DNA of 64,000 bases from Thiohalomonadaceae bacterium (GTDB taxonomy: Bacteria; Pseudomonadota; Gammaproteobacteria; Thiohalomonadales; Thiohalomonadaceae): assembly GCA_050298555.1 (NCBI GenBank), contig JBNKUL010000057.1, positions 4,229 through 68,228 of the forward strand. Reading direction: 5' to 3'. The first letter of the stretch is position 1. Each line of letters begins with the position of its first letter. Below, in pieces: positions 54,502-63,910 of this stretch. The notes beneath the pieces were generated by a model that saw only the letters and a program-made list of their open reading frames with translations, ran no database searches and was not told the DNA's origin. The position numbers and the translations under genes are program-made.

Positions 54502-54993
54502 ATGATTGAAGTCATACAAGCCGACATAACCACCCTGGAAGTCGACGCCATCGTCAACGCCGCCAACAACTCCCTGCTCGGCGGCGGCGGCGTCGACGGC
54601 GCCATCCACCGAGCCGCCGGTCCCGAGTTATTAGAAGCCTGCCGACCACTCAACGGCTGCGAAACCGGCGACGCCAAGATCACCCCCGGCTTTAACCTTC
54701 CTGCACGTTTTGTCATTCATACCGTTGGGCCCGTTTATCATGGCGGTGAAACCGAGGCGGCGTTATTGGCATCGTGTTACCGGCGGAGTTTTGAAGTGGC
54801 GTTGGAGAATGGGGTTCGGTCTATTGCCTTTCCCGCTATTTCTACGGGGGTGTACGGGTATCCTAAGGATGAGGCGGCCAGGATTGCTTTGGGGGTTATG
54901 GGGGAGTTTGGGGGGCGGTTTTCTAGGATTATTGCCTGTCTTCATAGCGAGACAGATTTGGAACTTTATCGGGAAATAATGGATGGGGTGTAG
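54502..54993 (+). CDS. Stand-alone macro-domain protein (O-acetyl-ADP-ribose deacetylase, YmdB-like)
   Basis: Motifs [33 protein letters not shown] and [13 protein letters not shown]. Confidence 0.9.
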   Translation: MIEVIQADITTLEVDAIVNAANNSLLGGGGVDGAIHRAAGPELLEACRPLNGCETGDAKITPGFNLPARFVIHTVGPVYHGGETEAALLASCYRRSFEVALENGVRSIAFPAISTGVYGYPKDEAARIALGVMGEFGGRFSRIIACLHSETDLELYREIMDGV

Positions 54994-55061
54994 GGTGTGA
55001 TAGCGGAGTGTAACCCGCCGTTTTATATTGATGGGTTTCGCTGGGGCTCTACCCACCCTAC
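54990..55061. repeat. REP-like inverted pair (two ~30-nt units in opposite orientation around a 10-nt AT-rich spacer)
   Basis: The left arm is gtagggtgtgatagcggagtgtaacccgcc. The right arm is gatgggtttcgctggggctctacccaccctac. The reverse complement of the left arm aligns with the right arm (GGCGGGTTACACT-CCGCTATCACACCCTAC versus GATGGGTTTCGCTGGGGCTCTACCCACCCTAC). Only one copy is present in the window. Confidence 0.5.
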
Positions 55062-55066
55062 GTGCT

Positions 55067-55477
55067 CTATGGGTTAGCTCCAATATATGAAAAGTATGTG
55101 TTAATTAACAAAGCTAACGTAGAAACAAATAGTGCAGCAGCAGCCCAATATGTTGCACTTCTTGAAGATGCTCTTGCCTCCATTAACTCATCATGCTCCA
55201 TTAACCTAAACCTGTCATTTGCGGATAATGCAAGCATAGGCTCAGGCTCATCCCTTCCCTGAGTAACAGCATTCTCCCAACCTCTTTGCTGCCCTTCAAA
55301 TAGGGGATGAGGGTAGAAAAACAAATCATTGTTGTCGACATGCACACAAAACAATTTAGACAATCTAGTCCTCTCTTCACCGTGTACATTAAGGTGGTCA
55401 AGCAATTGGCTCAGTGTGAATGTTTTTTGTGAATAGGCAAACCGTATAGCCTTTATGTACATATCTTCTTCGGACAT
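55067..55477 (-). CDS. Orphan low-GC ORF (136 aa) with a C-terminal transmembrane helix
   Basis: The ATG at 55477 is preceded by AAGGAA. My count on two 60-nt lines gives 37-47% GC, against well above 60% in the flanks. The C-terminal segment is YWAAAALFVSTLALLINTYFSYI. No recognisable motif. Confidence 0.45.
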   Translation of the reverse strand: MSEEDMYIKAIRFAYSQKTFTLSQLLDHLNVHGEERTRLSKLFCVHVDNNDLFFYPHPLFEGQQRGWENAVTQGRDEPEPMLALSANDRFRLMEHDELMEARASSRSATYWAAAALFVSTLALLINTYFSYIGANP

Positions 55478-55570
55478 TATTATTCCTTGTCTGATTATGA
55501 ACTTGAGTAATGAATATCGATAAACAGGCACAAAAGAAAAAGGGCCCCAAAAGGCCCTTTTCCACATCCA

Positions 55571-55954
55571 CTACTTCACCACCCTCAAAGAAGGCCGCTT
55601 AGCCTCCTCCTTCTCCGGCTCCGGCGGCGGCTGATCCCCACCACCGTCTTCCTCAGTGAAGACCATGCCCTTGCCATTCTCCCTGGCGTAGATCGCCATC
55701 ACCGACATCACCGGCACGGAGACGTGCATCGGCTGGCCGCTGAAGCGGGCATCGAGCTCGACGAACTCATTACCCAACTGCAGGTTCTGCACTGCGCTGG
55801 GGTTGATGTTGAGCAGGATGCGACCGTCCTCGACGTATTGCTGCGGCACCACGACACGCTCGTCGGCAACGTCGACGAGGATGTAGGGGGTCATGCCGTT
55901 GTCGAGGATCCAGTCGTAGAGGGCACGAATGAGGTAGGGGCGGCTGGGGGTCAT
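55571..55954 (-). CDS. sspB: Stringent starvation protein B (ClpXP adaptor)
   Basis: RPYLIRALYDWILDNGMTPYILV and the C-terminal ...RPSLRVVK (ClpX-binding tail). Confidence 0.92.
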   Translation of the reverse strand: MTPSRPYLIRALYDWILDNGMTPYILVDVADERVVVPQQYVEDGRILLNINPSAVQNLQLGNEFVELDARFSGQPMHVSVPVMSVMAIYARENGKGMVFTEEDGGGDQPPPEPEKEEAKRPSLRVVK

Positions 55955-55988
55955 GCTTTCGATCTCGTTTGCTGCGGATGGCTAAGGC

Positions 55989-56612
55989 TTAGCGCATCTC
56001 CCGCTCGAGTTCGGTGAGGCTCTCCTGGAACGACTCACGGGCAAAGATACGCTCGGCGTAGTCCAGCAGTGGCTGGGCCTGTTTGGGCAGGGCGATGTTG
56101 AGCTTGGGCAGGCGCCACAGCAGCGGGGCCAGGTAGCAGTCGACCAGGCTGAACTCGTCGCTCATGAAGAAGGGCTTGACCTCGAATACCGGGCTGATGG
56201 CAGTGAGGTTGTCCTTGATCACCTTGCGCGCCTTGGTGGCGGCCTTTTCAGTGCCGTTCATGATGATGTCGAGCTGGTTGTAGAGGTCCAGTTCAATACG
56301 GTAGACGTAGAGGCGGTTGTTGGCGCGTGACACCGGGTCCACCGGCATCAGCGGCGGGTGGGGGAAGCGCTCGTCCAGGTACTCCATGATCACCTGGGAG
56401 CTGTAGAGTACCAGCTCGCGGTCCACCAGGGTGGGTACGGAACCGTAGGGGTTGAGGTCGATCAGGTCCTCGGGCAGGTTACCTGCCTCAACAGGGACGA
56501 TATCGACATTAATCCCCTTCTCGGCCAGTACCAGACGTGCACGGTGGCTATATACGTCGGTATCACCGGAAAACAGTGTCATTACTGAGCGTCGGTTGGC
56601 GACGGCACCCAT
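55989..56612 (-). CDS. sspA: Stringent starvation protein A (GST-like)
   Basis: MGAVANRRSVMTLFSGDTDVYSHRARLVLAEKG is nearly identical in pattern to the E. coli SspA N-terminus. Confidence 0.95.
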   Translation of the reverse strand: MGAVANRRSVMTLFSGDTDVYSHRARLVLAEKGINVDIVPVEAGNLPEDLIDLNPYGSVPTLVDRELVLYSSQVIMEYLDERFPHPPLMPVDPVSRANNRLYVYRIELDLYNQLDIIMNGTEKAATKARKVIKDNLTAISPVFEVKPFFMSDEFSLVDCYLAPLLWRLPKLNIALPKQAQPLLDYAERIFARESFQESLTELEREMR

Positions 56613-56635
56613 ATCAAGCTCTCCTAAAAAAATCT

Positions 56636-56675
56636 TTCACAAAATAAAAGAGGGGGCCATCAAGGCCCCCTCTTT
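56636..56675 (-). terminator. Rho-independent terminator after petC
   Basis: Perfect 12-bp stem AAAGAGGGGGCC / GGCCCCCTCTTT with a 5-nt loop, followed on the minus strand by TATTTTGTGAAAGATTTTTTT. Confidence 0.55.
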
Positions 56676-56753
56676 ATGAATCATGTCGTAGCGGTTTTTA
56701 CCCCACTACGATGGACCGGTCGCCTATTCTACCACAACCGGCCACACTCATGA

Positions 56754-57482
56754 TTAGTGTACGTCTTTCCAGTACTCTTTCTTCAGCATGTAGGCGATGA
56801 TGAAGAAGACGAACAGGAACAGCAGTACATAAACACCGAGCTGCTGACGCTTCAGCTGCACCGGCTCACCGGTGTAGACGAGGAAGTTGGTCAGGTCGCG
56901 GGCGGCCTGGTCATACTCATCAGCGCTCATCTTGCCCGGCTTGACCATCTCGTAACCGGTGATCACGGTGGTACCGTGCTCGTCGGTCTTCTTGACCGCC
57001 TTCTTCATACCTTCCAGCTCCCACAGTACGTGGGGCATACCAACGTCGGGGAATACCGCGTTGTTAACACCGAAGGGGCGCTTCTCGTCGATGTAGAAGG
57101 TCTTGAAGTAGGTGTAGAGGTAGTCCGCGCCACGAGCACGAGCAATTACGCTCAGGTCGGGCGGAGGGTTACCGAACCACTTCTTCGCGCCGCCCTGGGG
57201 CATGGCGATGGTCATGGTGTCACCCACCTTATCTGATGCCAGCATCAGGTTAGCCTTTACCTGGTCATCAGTCAGACCGATGTCCTTACCCATGCGGTTG
57301 TAACGCTGGTAGGCGGCCGAGTGGCAGCTCAGGCAGTAGTTGACGAACAGCTTGGCGCCGCGCTGCAGCGAAGCGTTATCGTGCAGGTCGATGTTGGCCT
57401 TATCCAGGTGCGGACCCGCACCGGAAGCCATGCCCAGTACGGGCAGGGCGGCAAGTACAAATGCAACGATTAGTTTTTTCAT
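56754..57482 (-). CDS. petC: Cytochrome c1 of the bc1 complex
   Basis: Signal peptide, heme motif CLSCHS, and a C-terminal TM anchor. Confidence 0.92.
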   Translation of the reverse strand: MKKLIVAFVLAALPVLGMASGAGPHLDKANIDLHDNASLQRGAKLFVNYCLSCHSAAYQRYNRMGKDIGLTDDQVKANLMLASDKVGDTMTIAMPQGGAKKWFGNPPPDLSVIARARGADYLYTYFKTFYIDEKRPFGVNNAVFPDVGMPHVLWELEGMKKAVKKTDEHGTTVITGYEMVKPGKMSADEYDQAARDLTNFLVYTGEPVQLKRQQLGVYVLLFLFVFFIIAYMLKKEYWKDVH

Positions 57483-58714
57483 CCTGTAACCCTCTCCGGT
57501 ACTGGCTTGGTCTTCTCGAACTTCGGAATGATGGCCAAAGCGATGAAGAATACGAAGTAGTAGATGGTGCCGATTTGCGCGATCAGAGTCAGCAGTGCGG
57601 TGGACGGCTTCATACCGAGGTAACCCAGTACGATGAAGTCAACCACGAACACCATCAGCAGTACCTTGTAGCACAGGCCACGATAGCGGATGGACTTGAC
57701 CGGGCTGCGATCCAGCCAGGGCAGGAAGAACAGAATGACAACCGCGGCACCCATTACGACGACACCGGGGAATGCAGAACCGGCAATAGACGGTACCGCA
57801 CGCAGCATGGCGTAGAACGGGGTGAAGTACCATACCGGCGCAATGTGCGGCGGGGTCTTCAGGGCGTTGGCCGGCTCAAAGTTGGGGTGCTCGATAAAGA
57901 AGCCGCCCATCTCCGGTGCGAAGAACAGAATCGCGCAGAAGACGATAAGGAAGCCGATAACACCGACGATGTCCTTCACGGTGTAGTAGGGGTGGAAGGG
58001 AATGCCATCCAGCGGGATGCCGTTCTCGTCCTTGTTCTTCTTGATCTCAACGCCGTCGGGGTTGTTGGAGCCAACCTCGTGCAGTGCGATGATGTGCGCA
58101 ACCACCAGACCCAGCAGAACGATCGGCAGGGCGATAACGTGGAAGGCGAAGAAGCGGTTCAGGGTGGCGTCGGAGACGACGTAGTCACCACGAATCCAGA
58201 TGGAGAGGTCCTCACCGACGAACGGCACGGCGGCGAACAGGTTAACGATAACCTGGGCACCCCAGTAGGACATCTGGCCCCAGGGCAGCAGGTAGCCGAA
58301 GAAGGCCTCGGCCATCAGCGCCAGGTAGATGAGGCAGCCGAAGATCCAGATCAGCTCGCGCGGCGCCTTGTACGAACCGTACATCAGGCCACGGAACATG
58401 TGGAGGTAGACCACGGCGAAGAACGCGGATGCACCGGTGGAGTGCATGTAGCGAATCAGCCAGCCCCAGTCGACATCACGCATGATGTACTCGACCGAAC
58501 CGAAGGCCAAGGCGCCGTCGGGCTTGTAGTTCATGGTCAGAAGGATGCCGGAGACGATCTGGATAACCAGAACCAGCAGAGCCAGGGAACCGAAGAAGTA
58601 CCAGAAGTTGAAGTTCTTCGGCGCGTAGTACTCGGAAAGGTGCTCTTTCCACATCTTGGTCAGGGGGAAGCGCGCGTCCACCCAGCCAAGAAGTTGCGTC
58701 ATCTTATCGCTCAT
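57479..58714 (-). CDS. petB: Cytochrome b of the bc1 complex
   Basis: WGWLIRYMHSTGASAFF and the PEWY-type region (IAPVWYFTPFYA). Polytopic. Confidence 0.96.
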   Translation of the reverse strand: MSDKMTQLLGWVDARFPLTKMWKEHLSEYYAPKNFNFWYFFGSLALLVLVIQIVSGILLTMNYKPDGALAFGSVEYIMRDVDWGWLIRYMHSTGASAFFAVVYLHMFRGLMYGSYKAPRELIWIFGCLIYLALMAEAFFGYLLPWGQMSYWGAQVIVNLFAAVPFVGEDLSIWIRGDYVVSDATLNRFFAFHVIALPIVLLGLVVAHIIALHEVGSNNPDGVEIKKNKDENGIPLDGIPFHPYYTVKDIVGVIGFLIVFCAILFFAPEMGGFFIEHPNFEPANALKTPPHIAPVWYFTPFYAMLRAVPSIAGSAFPGVVVMGAAVVILFFLPWLDRSPVKSIRYRGLCYKVLLMVFVVDFIVLGYLGMKPSTALLTLIAQIGTIYYFVFFIALAIIPKFEKTKPVPERVTG

Positions 58715-59310
58715 TATGCAACTCCTTCGTCATCACCGACCAGGATGGTGGTGTCGGTCAGGAACTTGTAGGGCGGAACCTGCAGGTTCTTCGGAGCCGG
58801 TACACCGGCGAATACGCGGCCGGCCAGGTCGAAGCGCGAGCCGTGGCAGGGGCAGAAGAAGCCGCCCTTCCAGTCTGCGCCCAGGTCGGCCGGGGCGATG
58901 TCCGGGCGATAGGTCGGGGAGCAACCGAGGTGGGTACAGATACCTACCAGTACCACATACTCTTCACGCTGAGCACGGGTGGGGTTCTTGGCCCACTCGG
59001 GCTGCTGCCCGGTGTTATCGGAGTTCGGGTCCAGCAGCCTGGGGTCGTTCGAGGGCAGATCCTTCAGGTTCTGCTCGGTACGACGCACCACCCATACGGG
59101 TTTACCGCGCCACTCTACGGTCATCATCTGACCGGGCTCCAGCTTGCTCACGTCCGCCTCTACCGGTGCACCGGCAGCTTGGGCGCGAGCACTGGGCTGC
59201 ATGGACAATACGAACGGGGCAACAACTGCCGCTGCACCTGCCGCGCCCACCACACTGGTGGCCGCGGTCAGGAAGCGGCGTCGACCCTTATCTACGCCTT
59301 GTGTGCTCAT
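58714..59310 (-). CDS. petA: Ubiquinol-cytochrome c reductase Rieske iron-sulfur subunit
   Basis: Tat-type signal KGRRRFLTAA from the ATG at 59310. Cluster ligands are CTHLGC and CPCHGS. Confidence 0.95.
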   Translation of the reverse strand: MSTQGVDKGRRRFLTAATSVVGAAGAAAVVAPFVLSMQPSARAQAAGAPVEADVSKLEPGQMMTVEWRGKPVWVVRRTEQNLKDLPSNDPRLLDPNSDNTGQQPEWAKNPTRAQREEYVVLVGICTHLGCSPTYRPDIAPADLGADWKGGFFCPCHGSRFDLAGRVFAGVPAPKNLQVPPYKFLTDTTILVGDDEGVA

Positions 59311-59342
59311 TAAGCCTCTCCCAACAATAAATGTAAGACTTT

Positions 59343-59404
59343 GGATAAAAAACCGTGCCGGCAAAAAGCCGGCGCCGCCATGTCCACGGGAGGGGACATG
59401 GCGG
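59343..59404 (-). terminator. Tandem hairpins plus T-run downstream of the Nif3-family gene
   Basis: Minus strand reads CCGCCATGTCC-N8-GGACATGGCGG, then GCCGGC-TTTTT-GCCGGC, followed by ACGGTTTTTT. Confidence 0.45.
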
Positions 59405-59504
59405 AAAAATTCAACGTATCAGGAAATTCTAAATTTCCAGCGCAATGATAGCCGGGCATTCTCTTATAAAGGGGCTCTTCAGGTCAAGTTGCTCGACCTT
59501 ATGG

Positions 59505-60263
59505 TTACACCGGATTGGCGATATCAACGAATTGATTTTCCAGAGCAAAATGGTCGGCTAAATGACTCCCCAGTGCCCTGGCACCGTAGCGTTCGGTGGC
59601 ATGGTGGCCGGCGGCAATATAGTGGATACCCAGCTCACGGGCGAGGTGCACCGTAGGCTCGGAGATCTCACCGCTGATGTAGGCGTCGAGCCCCAGCGCC
59701 GCCGCCTGCTCGATATAGCCCTGGGCACCGCCACTGCACCAGCCGACACGGCGGATGGGGTGGTCCCCCCCCTCTATCAACAGCGGCTCCCTCCCCAGCT
59801 TCTGTCCGACCACCTCAGCAAGTGAGTGCGCACTCACTTTCATATCGAGACTGCCGTGCATGGCGATGCCGCCATCGGGGCCGTGACCGAAGCGCCCCTC
59901 TACCGGGATACCGAACAGCTGCCCCAGCTGGGCGTTATTGCCCAGCTCGGCGTGGCCGTCCAGCGGCAGGTGGTAGGCGAGCAGGGAGATATCGTGGTCC
60001 AGCAGCGCCTTAATGCGGCGCTGCTTCATCCCGGTAATGGTGGGGGACTCCCCCTTCCAGAAGTAGCCGTGGTGTACCAGCAGCAGGTCCGCCTGCTGCT
60101 CGATGGCCACGTCGATCAGCGCCTGGCAGGCGGTCACCCCGCTGACGATGCGCCGCACCTCGCCCCTCCCCTCCACCTGCAGGCCGTTGGGGGCGTAGTC
60201 CTGATACTCGCCAACGCCGAGAAGGGTGTCACAGTAATCGATGATCTGCTGCAGGCTCGCCAT
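59505..60263 (-). CDS. Nif3-family dinuclear metal centre protein (YbgI-like)
   Basis: Motifs PNGLQVEG, LLLVHHGYFWKG, AYHLPLDGH and AAGHHATERYG. Confidence 0.87.
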   Translation of the reverse strand: MASLQQIIDYCDTLLGVGEYQDYAPNGLQVEGRGEVRRIVSGVTACQALIDVAIEQQADLLLVHHGYFWKGESPTITGMKQRRIKALLDHDISLLAYHLPLDGHAELGNNAQLGQLFGIPVEGRFGHGPDGGIAMHGSLDMKVSAHSLAEVVGQKLGREPLLIEGGDHPIRRVGWCSGGAQGYIEQAAALGLDAYISGEISEPTVHLARELGIHYIAAGHHATERYGARALGSHLADHFALENQFVDIANPV

Positions 60264-60326
60264 GCGGTTCGCATCTCCTTGGGTTAAGATTGCCACTTCT
60301 TTAAACAGTCACAGAGTATACGGGAT

Positions 60327-61487
60327 ATGAAGCCTTTTCAGCCGGTCGTTTTCCTCTTCCAGGCGGTCACCATCGGTCTGGCCATCGCCTTTCTGGTGCT
60401 GGTATGGCAGCCCGAGCTGCTGGACAACGGAAAAAAGGTGGTGGAGTTCGTCGAGAGCAGCACGACCAGGGCACCCGCCGCTGGCCTCGGCAACGGCCCC
60501 GTCTCCTACGCCGATGCGGTGGCGATCGCCGCCCCGTCGGTGGTCAACATCCACACCCGCAAGACCGTGGTGCAGCAGGCCAGTCCCCTGTTCGACGACC
60601 CCTTCTTCCGCCGCTTCTTCGGTGACGCCCTCGGCCCGCGCGAGCGCGAGGAGACCTCACTCGGCTCCGGCGTCATCGTCAGCGCCAAGGGTTACATCCT
60701 CACCAACAACCATGTGATCGAGGGGGCCGATGAGATTCAGGTCGCCCTGCGCGACGGGCGCACCACCCCGGCCAAAGTGGTGGGGAGCGACCCGGAGGCC
60801 GACCTGGCGGTGCTCAAGGTGGAACTGGAGGCATTGCCGGCGATCACCCTCGGCGATGCCGAGGCGCTGCGTGTCGGCGACGTGGTGCTGGCCATCGGCA
60901 ACCCCTTCGGCGTCGGCCAAACCGTCACCCTCGGCATCGTCAGCGCCACCGGCCGCAGCTCGCTCGGCATCAACACCTACGAGAACTTCATCCAGACCGA
61001 CGCGGCGATCAACCCCGGCAACTCCGGTGGCGCCCTCATCACCGCCCGCGGCGAGCTTATCGGCATCAACACCGCCATCTTCTCCAAGTCGGGCGGCTCC
61101 CAGGGGATCGGCTTCGCCATCCCCATGAGCCTGGCGAAGAACTCGATGGCGCAGATCGTCGAAAAGGGCTACGTCAGCCGCGGCTGGATGGGGGTAGAGG
61201 CGCAGGCCCTCACCCCGCAGCTGGCCGAGTCCTTTAACGTCGGCCATACACGGGGGATCATCATCGCCGGTGTGCTGCGCGGCGGCCCCGCCGACCGCGG
61301 CGGCCTCAAGCCGGGCGATGTGGTGTTCCGCATTAACGGCAAGGAGACGCTGGACGCCAACGACGCCCTCAACCTGATCGGCCAGACCAAGCCGGGAGAG
61401 ATGATTGCGATTGAAGGCCAGCGCGATGGTAAGGCGCTGGCGTTGAAGATTGAAGTGGGGGAACGGCCTCCCCAGGAGAGGCAATAA
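60327..61487 (+). CDS. degS: Periplasmic serine endoprotease, DegS/AlgW type (S1C, single PDZ)
   Basis: N-terminal TM. Catalytic triad context is TNNHV, DLAVLK and GNSGGAL. One PDZ domain (GIIIAGVLRGGPADRGGLKPGDVV). Confidence 0.87.
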   Translation: MKPFQPVVFLFQAVTIGLAIAFLVLVWQPELLDNGKKVVEFVESSTTRAPAAGLGNGPVSYADAVAIAAPSVVNIHTRKTVVQQASPLFDDPFFRRFFGDALGPREREETSLGSGVIVSAKGYILTNNHVIEGADEIQVALRDGRTTPAKVVGSDPEADLAVLKVELEALPAITLGDAEALRVGDVVLAIGNPFGVGQTVTLGIVSATGRSSLGINTYENFIQTDAAINPGNSGGALITARGELIGINTAIFSKSGGSQGIGFAIPMSLAKNSMAQIVEKGYVSRGWMGVEAQALTPQLAESFNVGHTRGIIIAGVLRGGPADRGGLKPGDVVFRINGKETLDANDALNLIGQTKPGEMIAIEGQRDGKALALKIEVGERPPQERQ

Positions 61488-61493
61488 CCTATG

Positions 61494-61515
61494 GGCTGGG
61501 CATTGCTGCCCAGCC
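61494..61515. terminator. Hairpin between the convergent degS-like and hisC genes (possible bidirectional terminator)
   Basis: GGCTGGGCA-TTGC-TGCCCAGCC, a 9-bp perfect stem. No clear T-run on either side. Confidence 0.35.
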
Positions 61516-62597
61516 TACAGTGACGCCTTTAACGCTGCCAGGAAGGCCCCGTTCTCTTCCGCCGTCCCCACGGTCACCCGCAGGCAGTCGGCCAACGGCC
61601 CCTCGCTCGCCTTCATGTTCTTAATCAACACGCCGCGCTGCTTGATGCCGTCGAAGATGGCGTTGGCGCACCCGGCCGGTACGCGGAACAGAATGAAGTT
61701 GGCGGCGGAGGGGTAGAGAGTAAGGCCGTCGAGCTTGCCCATCTCCTCGAACAGGCGCGAACGCTCCTCGCGGATCAGGCGGGTCTGCTCGTCGAACACC
61801 TCGATGTGTTTGAGGGCGAACTCGGCGGCGGCCTGGGTCATCACGTTAATGTTGTAGGGCAGGCGCACCTTGTCGAACTCGTTGAGCCAGGCATTGGGGC
61901 CGGCCAGCAGGCCGAGGCGCAGCCCGGCGAGGCCGAGCTTGGAGACGGTGCGCATCACCAGCAGGTTGTCGAACTCGCCGAGTCGGCTCATAAAGCTCTT
62001 GCCGGCGAAGGCGTGGTAGGCCTCGTCCACCACCACCAGGCCGTTGGCCATCTTCAGGATCGCCTCGATCTCCCCCTCATCGAACAGGTTACCGGTGGGG
62101 TTGTTGGGATAGGCCAGATAGATCACCGCCGGTTCGTACTGCTGGATCGCCTGCTCCATCGCCGCCATGTCGAGGGAGAAGTCCTCCTTCAGCGGCACGC
62201 CCACATACTCCAGGCCGCTGAAGCTGGCGATCATCTTGTACATCACAAAGCTCGGTTCGGGGGCCAGCACCACCCGCTTGGCACCGCCCAGGGCAAGGGC
62301 GAGGATTTGGATGATCTCGTCGGAGCCGTTGCCCAGCATCACGCCCATATCTTCCGGCACGCCCATCGCCTTGCGCAGCTCGACGGTGAGGGCCTTTGCC
62401 GCCGGGTCCGGGTAGCGGTTGACCGGCAGCCCCCGCACCATCCCCTGCCACTCATCCAGCATCTCTGCGGGCCAGGTGTAGGGGTTCTCCATCGCATCGA
62501 GCTTAATCAGCTCGCCCGGGGCGGGCACGTGGTAGGCGGCGATGTCGCGAATGTCGGGGCGGACCCAGTGTTCCACCAGTTGTTCGATACCACTCAT
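61515..62597 (-). CDS. hisC: Histidinol-phosphate aminotransferase
   Basis: Class II aminotransferase. Motifs YPNNPTGN, VVVDEAY and the PLP lysine context RTVSKLGLAGLRLG. Confidence 0.92.
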   Translation of the reverse strand: MSGIEQLVEHWVRPDIRDIAAYHVPAPGELIKLDAMENPYTWPAEMLDEWQGMVRGLPVNRYPDPAAKALTVELRKAMGVPEDMGVMLGNGSDEIIQILALALGGAKRVVLAPEPSFVMYKMIASFSGLEYVGVPLKEDFSLDMAAMEQAIQQYEPAVIYLAYPNNPTGNLFDEGEIEAILKMANGLVVVDEAYHAFAGKSFMSRLGEFDNLLVMRTVSKLGLAGLRLGLLAGPNAWLNEFDKVRLPYNINVMTQAAAEFALKHIEVFDEQTRLIREERSRLFEEMGKLDGLTLYPSAANFILFRVPAGCANAIFDGIKQRGVLIKNMKASEGPLADCLRVTVGTAEENGAFLAALKASL

Positions 62598-62660
62598 GGT
62601 CTCTCTCACTTCGATGCAGACGGGGCGGGCATTGTACCGGCTACAGGCTGGAATAAAAGG

Positions 62661-63434
62661 CTACAATTTGCCCTTAAAGTTAAGCGGGTAGTTGCCCTGC
62701 GAATCGGCACGGCCCAACAGCGCCAGGCTGCTGCGCAGCTCCTTGGGGGCCGACTCCCGCGCACTCACCTTACCTTTCAGGTTGTAGCCGCCATCTGCCT
62801 GCAGGGTAAGGGTCGCATTCAGCTGCATCGGTCCACCGCTGTCGCTAATGCGCCCCTCGATAACGCCCTCCTCTGCGGTAGTCAGGCTCAACTGCAGGTC
62901 ACCAAAGGCGAGCGGCTGCGGCGCGGTGACCCCCGCCTGGTGCCAGACGATGCGTCCCTCGGCCCGCTGCAGGCGCCCCTCTGAGCTGAGCTCCAGCTGC
63001 TGCAGCTTGAGCGAAACGACACCGTCAAGCGGCAGGGGGATCATCGGCAGGAACGGCTGGATGGTCGGCAACGGCAGGCGCCCCTCCAGCTCGGAGAGGG
63101 CAAGCTCCTCACCACTGATGGGGGCCCGGGCCTCGCTCTGCAGGTAGGCGTCACCCTGTACCAGGCGAAGGTCGCCGCCCACACGCCCCAGCAGCAGTCC
63201 CCAGAGTGAGAGGCGCCAATCGACGGCACCGACGACCCGCTTACGGTACTGCAGCTGCTGTGCCGCGCCGCTCCAGACGGTGCCGTGAACCCCGGCCAGG
63301 CCGACCTCCCCGATCTCACTGGCCAGCCCCTCGGCAGCGATGCCGTAGGCCGTGGTGGCAGGCATGCGCCACACCATGAATAGCAGCCAGGCGAGGAGGC
63401 CGAGCAGCAGATAGTGCCACCACTTTTTCATCAC
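62661..63434 (-). CDS. gspN: Type II secretion system protein N
   Basis: ~250-aa protein with a single N-terminal TM (WHYLLLGLLAWLLFMVW), located immediately downstream of and overlapping gspM. Confidence 0.68.
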   Translation of the reverse strand: MMKKWWHYLLLGLLAWLLFMVWRMPATTAYGIAAEGLASEIGEVGLAGVHGTVWSGAAQQLQYRKRVVGAVDWRLSLWGLLLGRVGGDLRLVQGDAYLQSEARAPISGEELALSELEGRLPLPTIQPFLPMIPLPLDGVVSLKLQQLELSSEGRLQRAEGRIVWHQAGVTAPQPLAFGDLQLSLTTAEEGVIEGRISDSGGPMQLNATLTLQADGGYNLKGKVSARESAPKELRSSLALLGRADSQGNYPLNFKGKL

Positions 63435-63910
63435 GCCCCCCTCTCCAGCACCACCGAGGCGTTGACCTTGCCCGCCTCATCCAGCCGCTCCAGGTTGAGG
63501 CTGCTCACGCCTACCCCGTGCTCGCTGTCGAGGCGCCCCAGCCAGCGCAACATATCGTCGAAGCCCGCCTGCTCGAAACGCAGACGCACCCCGTTGCCCT
63601 CCGGCTTGACCTGCTTGAGCGCAGCGCCGAGGCCGTTGCGCTTGGCACTGCTGTCCACAAGGCTCAACAGCGACTTGCCGGAGGAGCGCTTGGCGCCGCC
63701 GCTACGGCGCAGCGCCTCGACCTGGGCCGCCGACTGCTCCATCCACACCAGCAGCTCGCGGTCGCTCACCACCCGCTGCTCCAGCTGCGCCATCTTCTGG
63801 GTGAAGGGGTCGATCACCAGGGCGTAGATCCCCAGCAGCAGCGCCGCCACGGCACCGAGCAACAGGGTGCGCTGCTCGCGCGCCTGCAGGTTGTTCCAGT
63901 ACTGCATCAT
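63431..63910 (-). CDS. gspM: Type II secretion system protein M
   Basis: WNNLQAREQRTLLLGAVAALLLGIYALVIDP matches the GspM/EpsM N-terminal pattern. 159 aa. Confidence 0.78.
   Translation of the reverse strand: MMQYWNNLQAREQRTLLLGAVAALLLGIYALVIDPFTQKMAQLEQRVVSDRELLVWMEQSAAQVEALRRSGGAKRSSGKSLLSLVDSSAKRNGLGAALKQVKPEGNGVRLRFEQAGFDDMLRWLGRLDSEHGVGVSSLNLERLDEAGKVNASVVLERGA

Noticed and set aside
54502-55477. Macro-domain gene plus neighbouring small ORF as a DarTG-like toxin-antitoxin or defence pair
   Set aside because: The macro protein is a plain 163-aa YmdB-type enzyme without the extra DarG domain. The neighbour shows no DarT-like motifs. The two genes are convergent, not co-oriented or overlapping. 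I retained the region only as a low-GC insertion finding.
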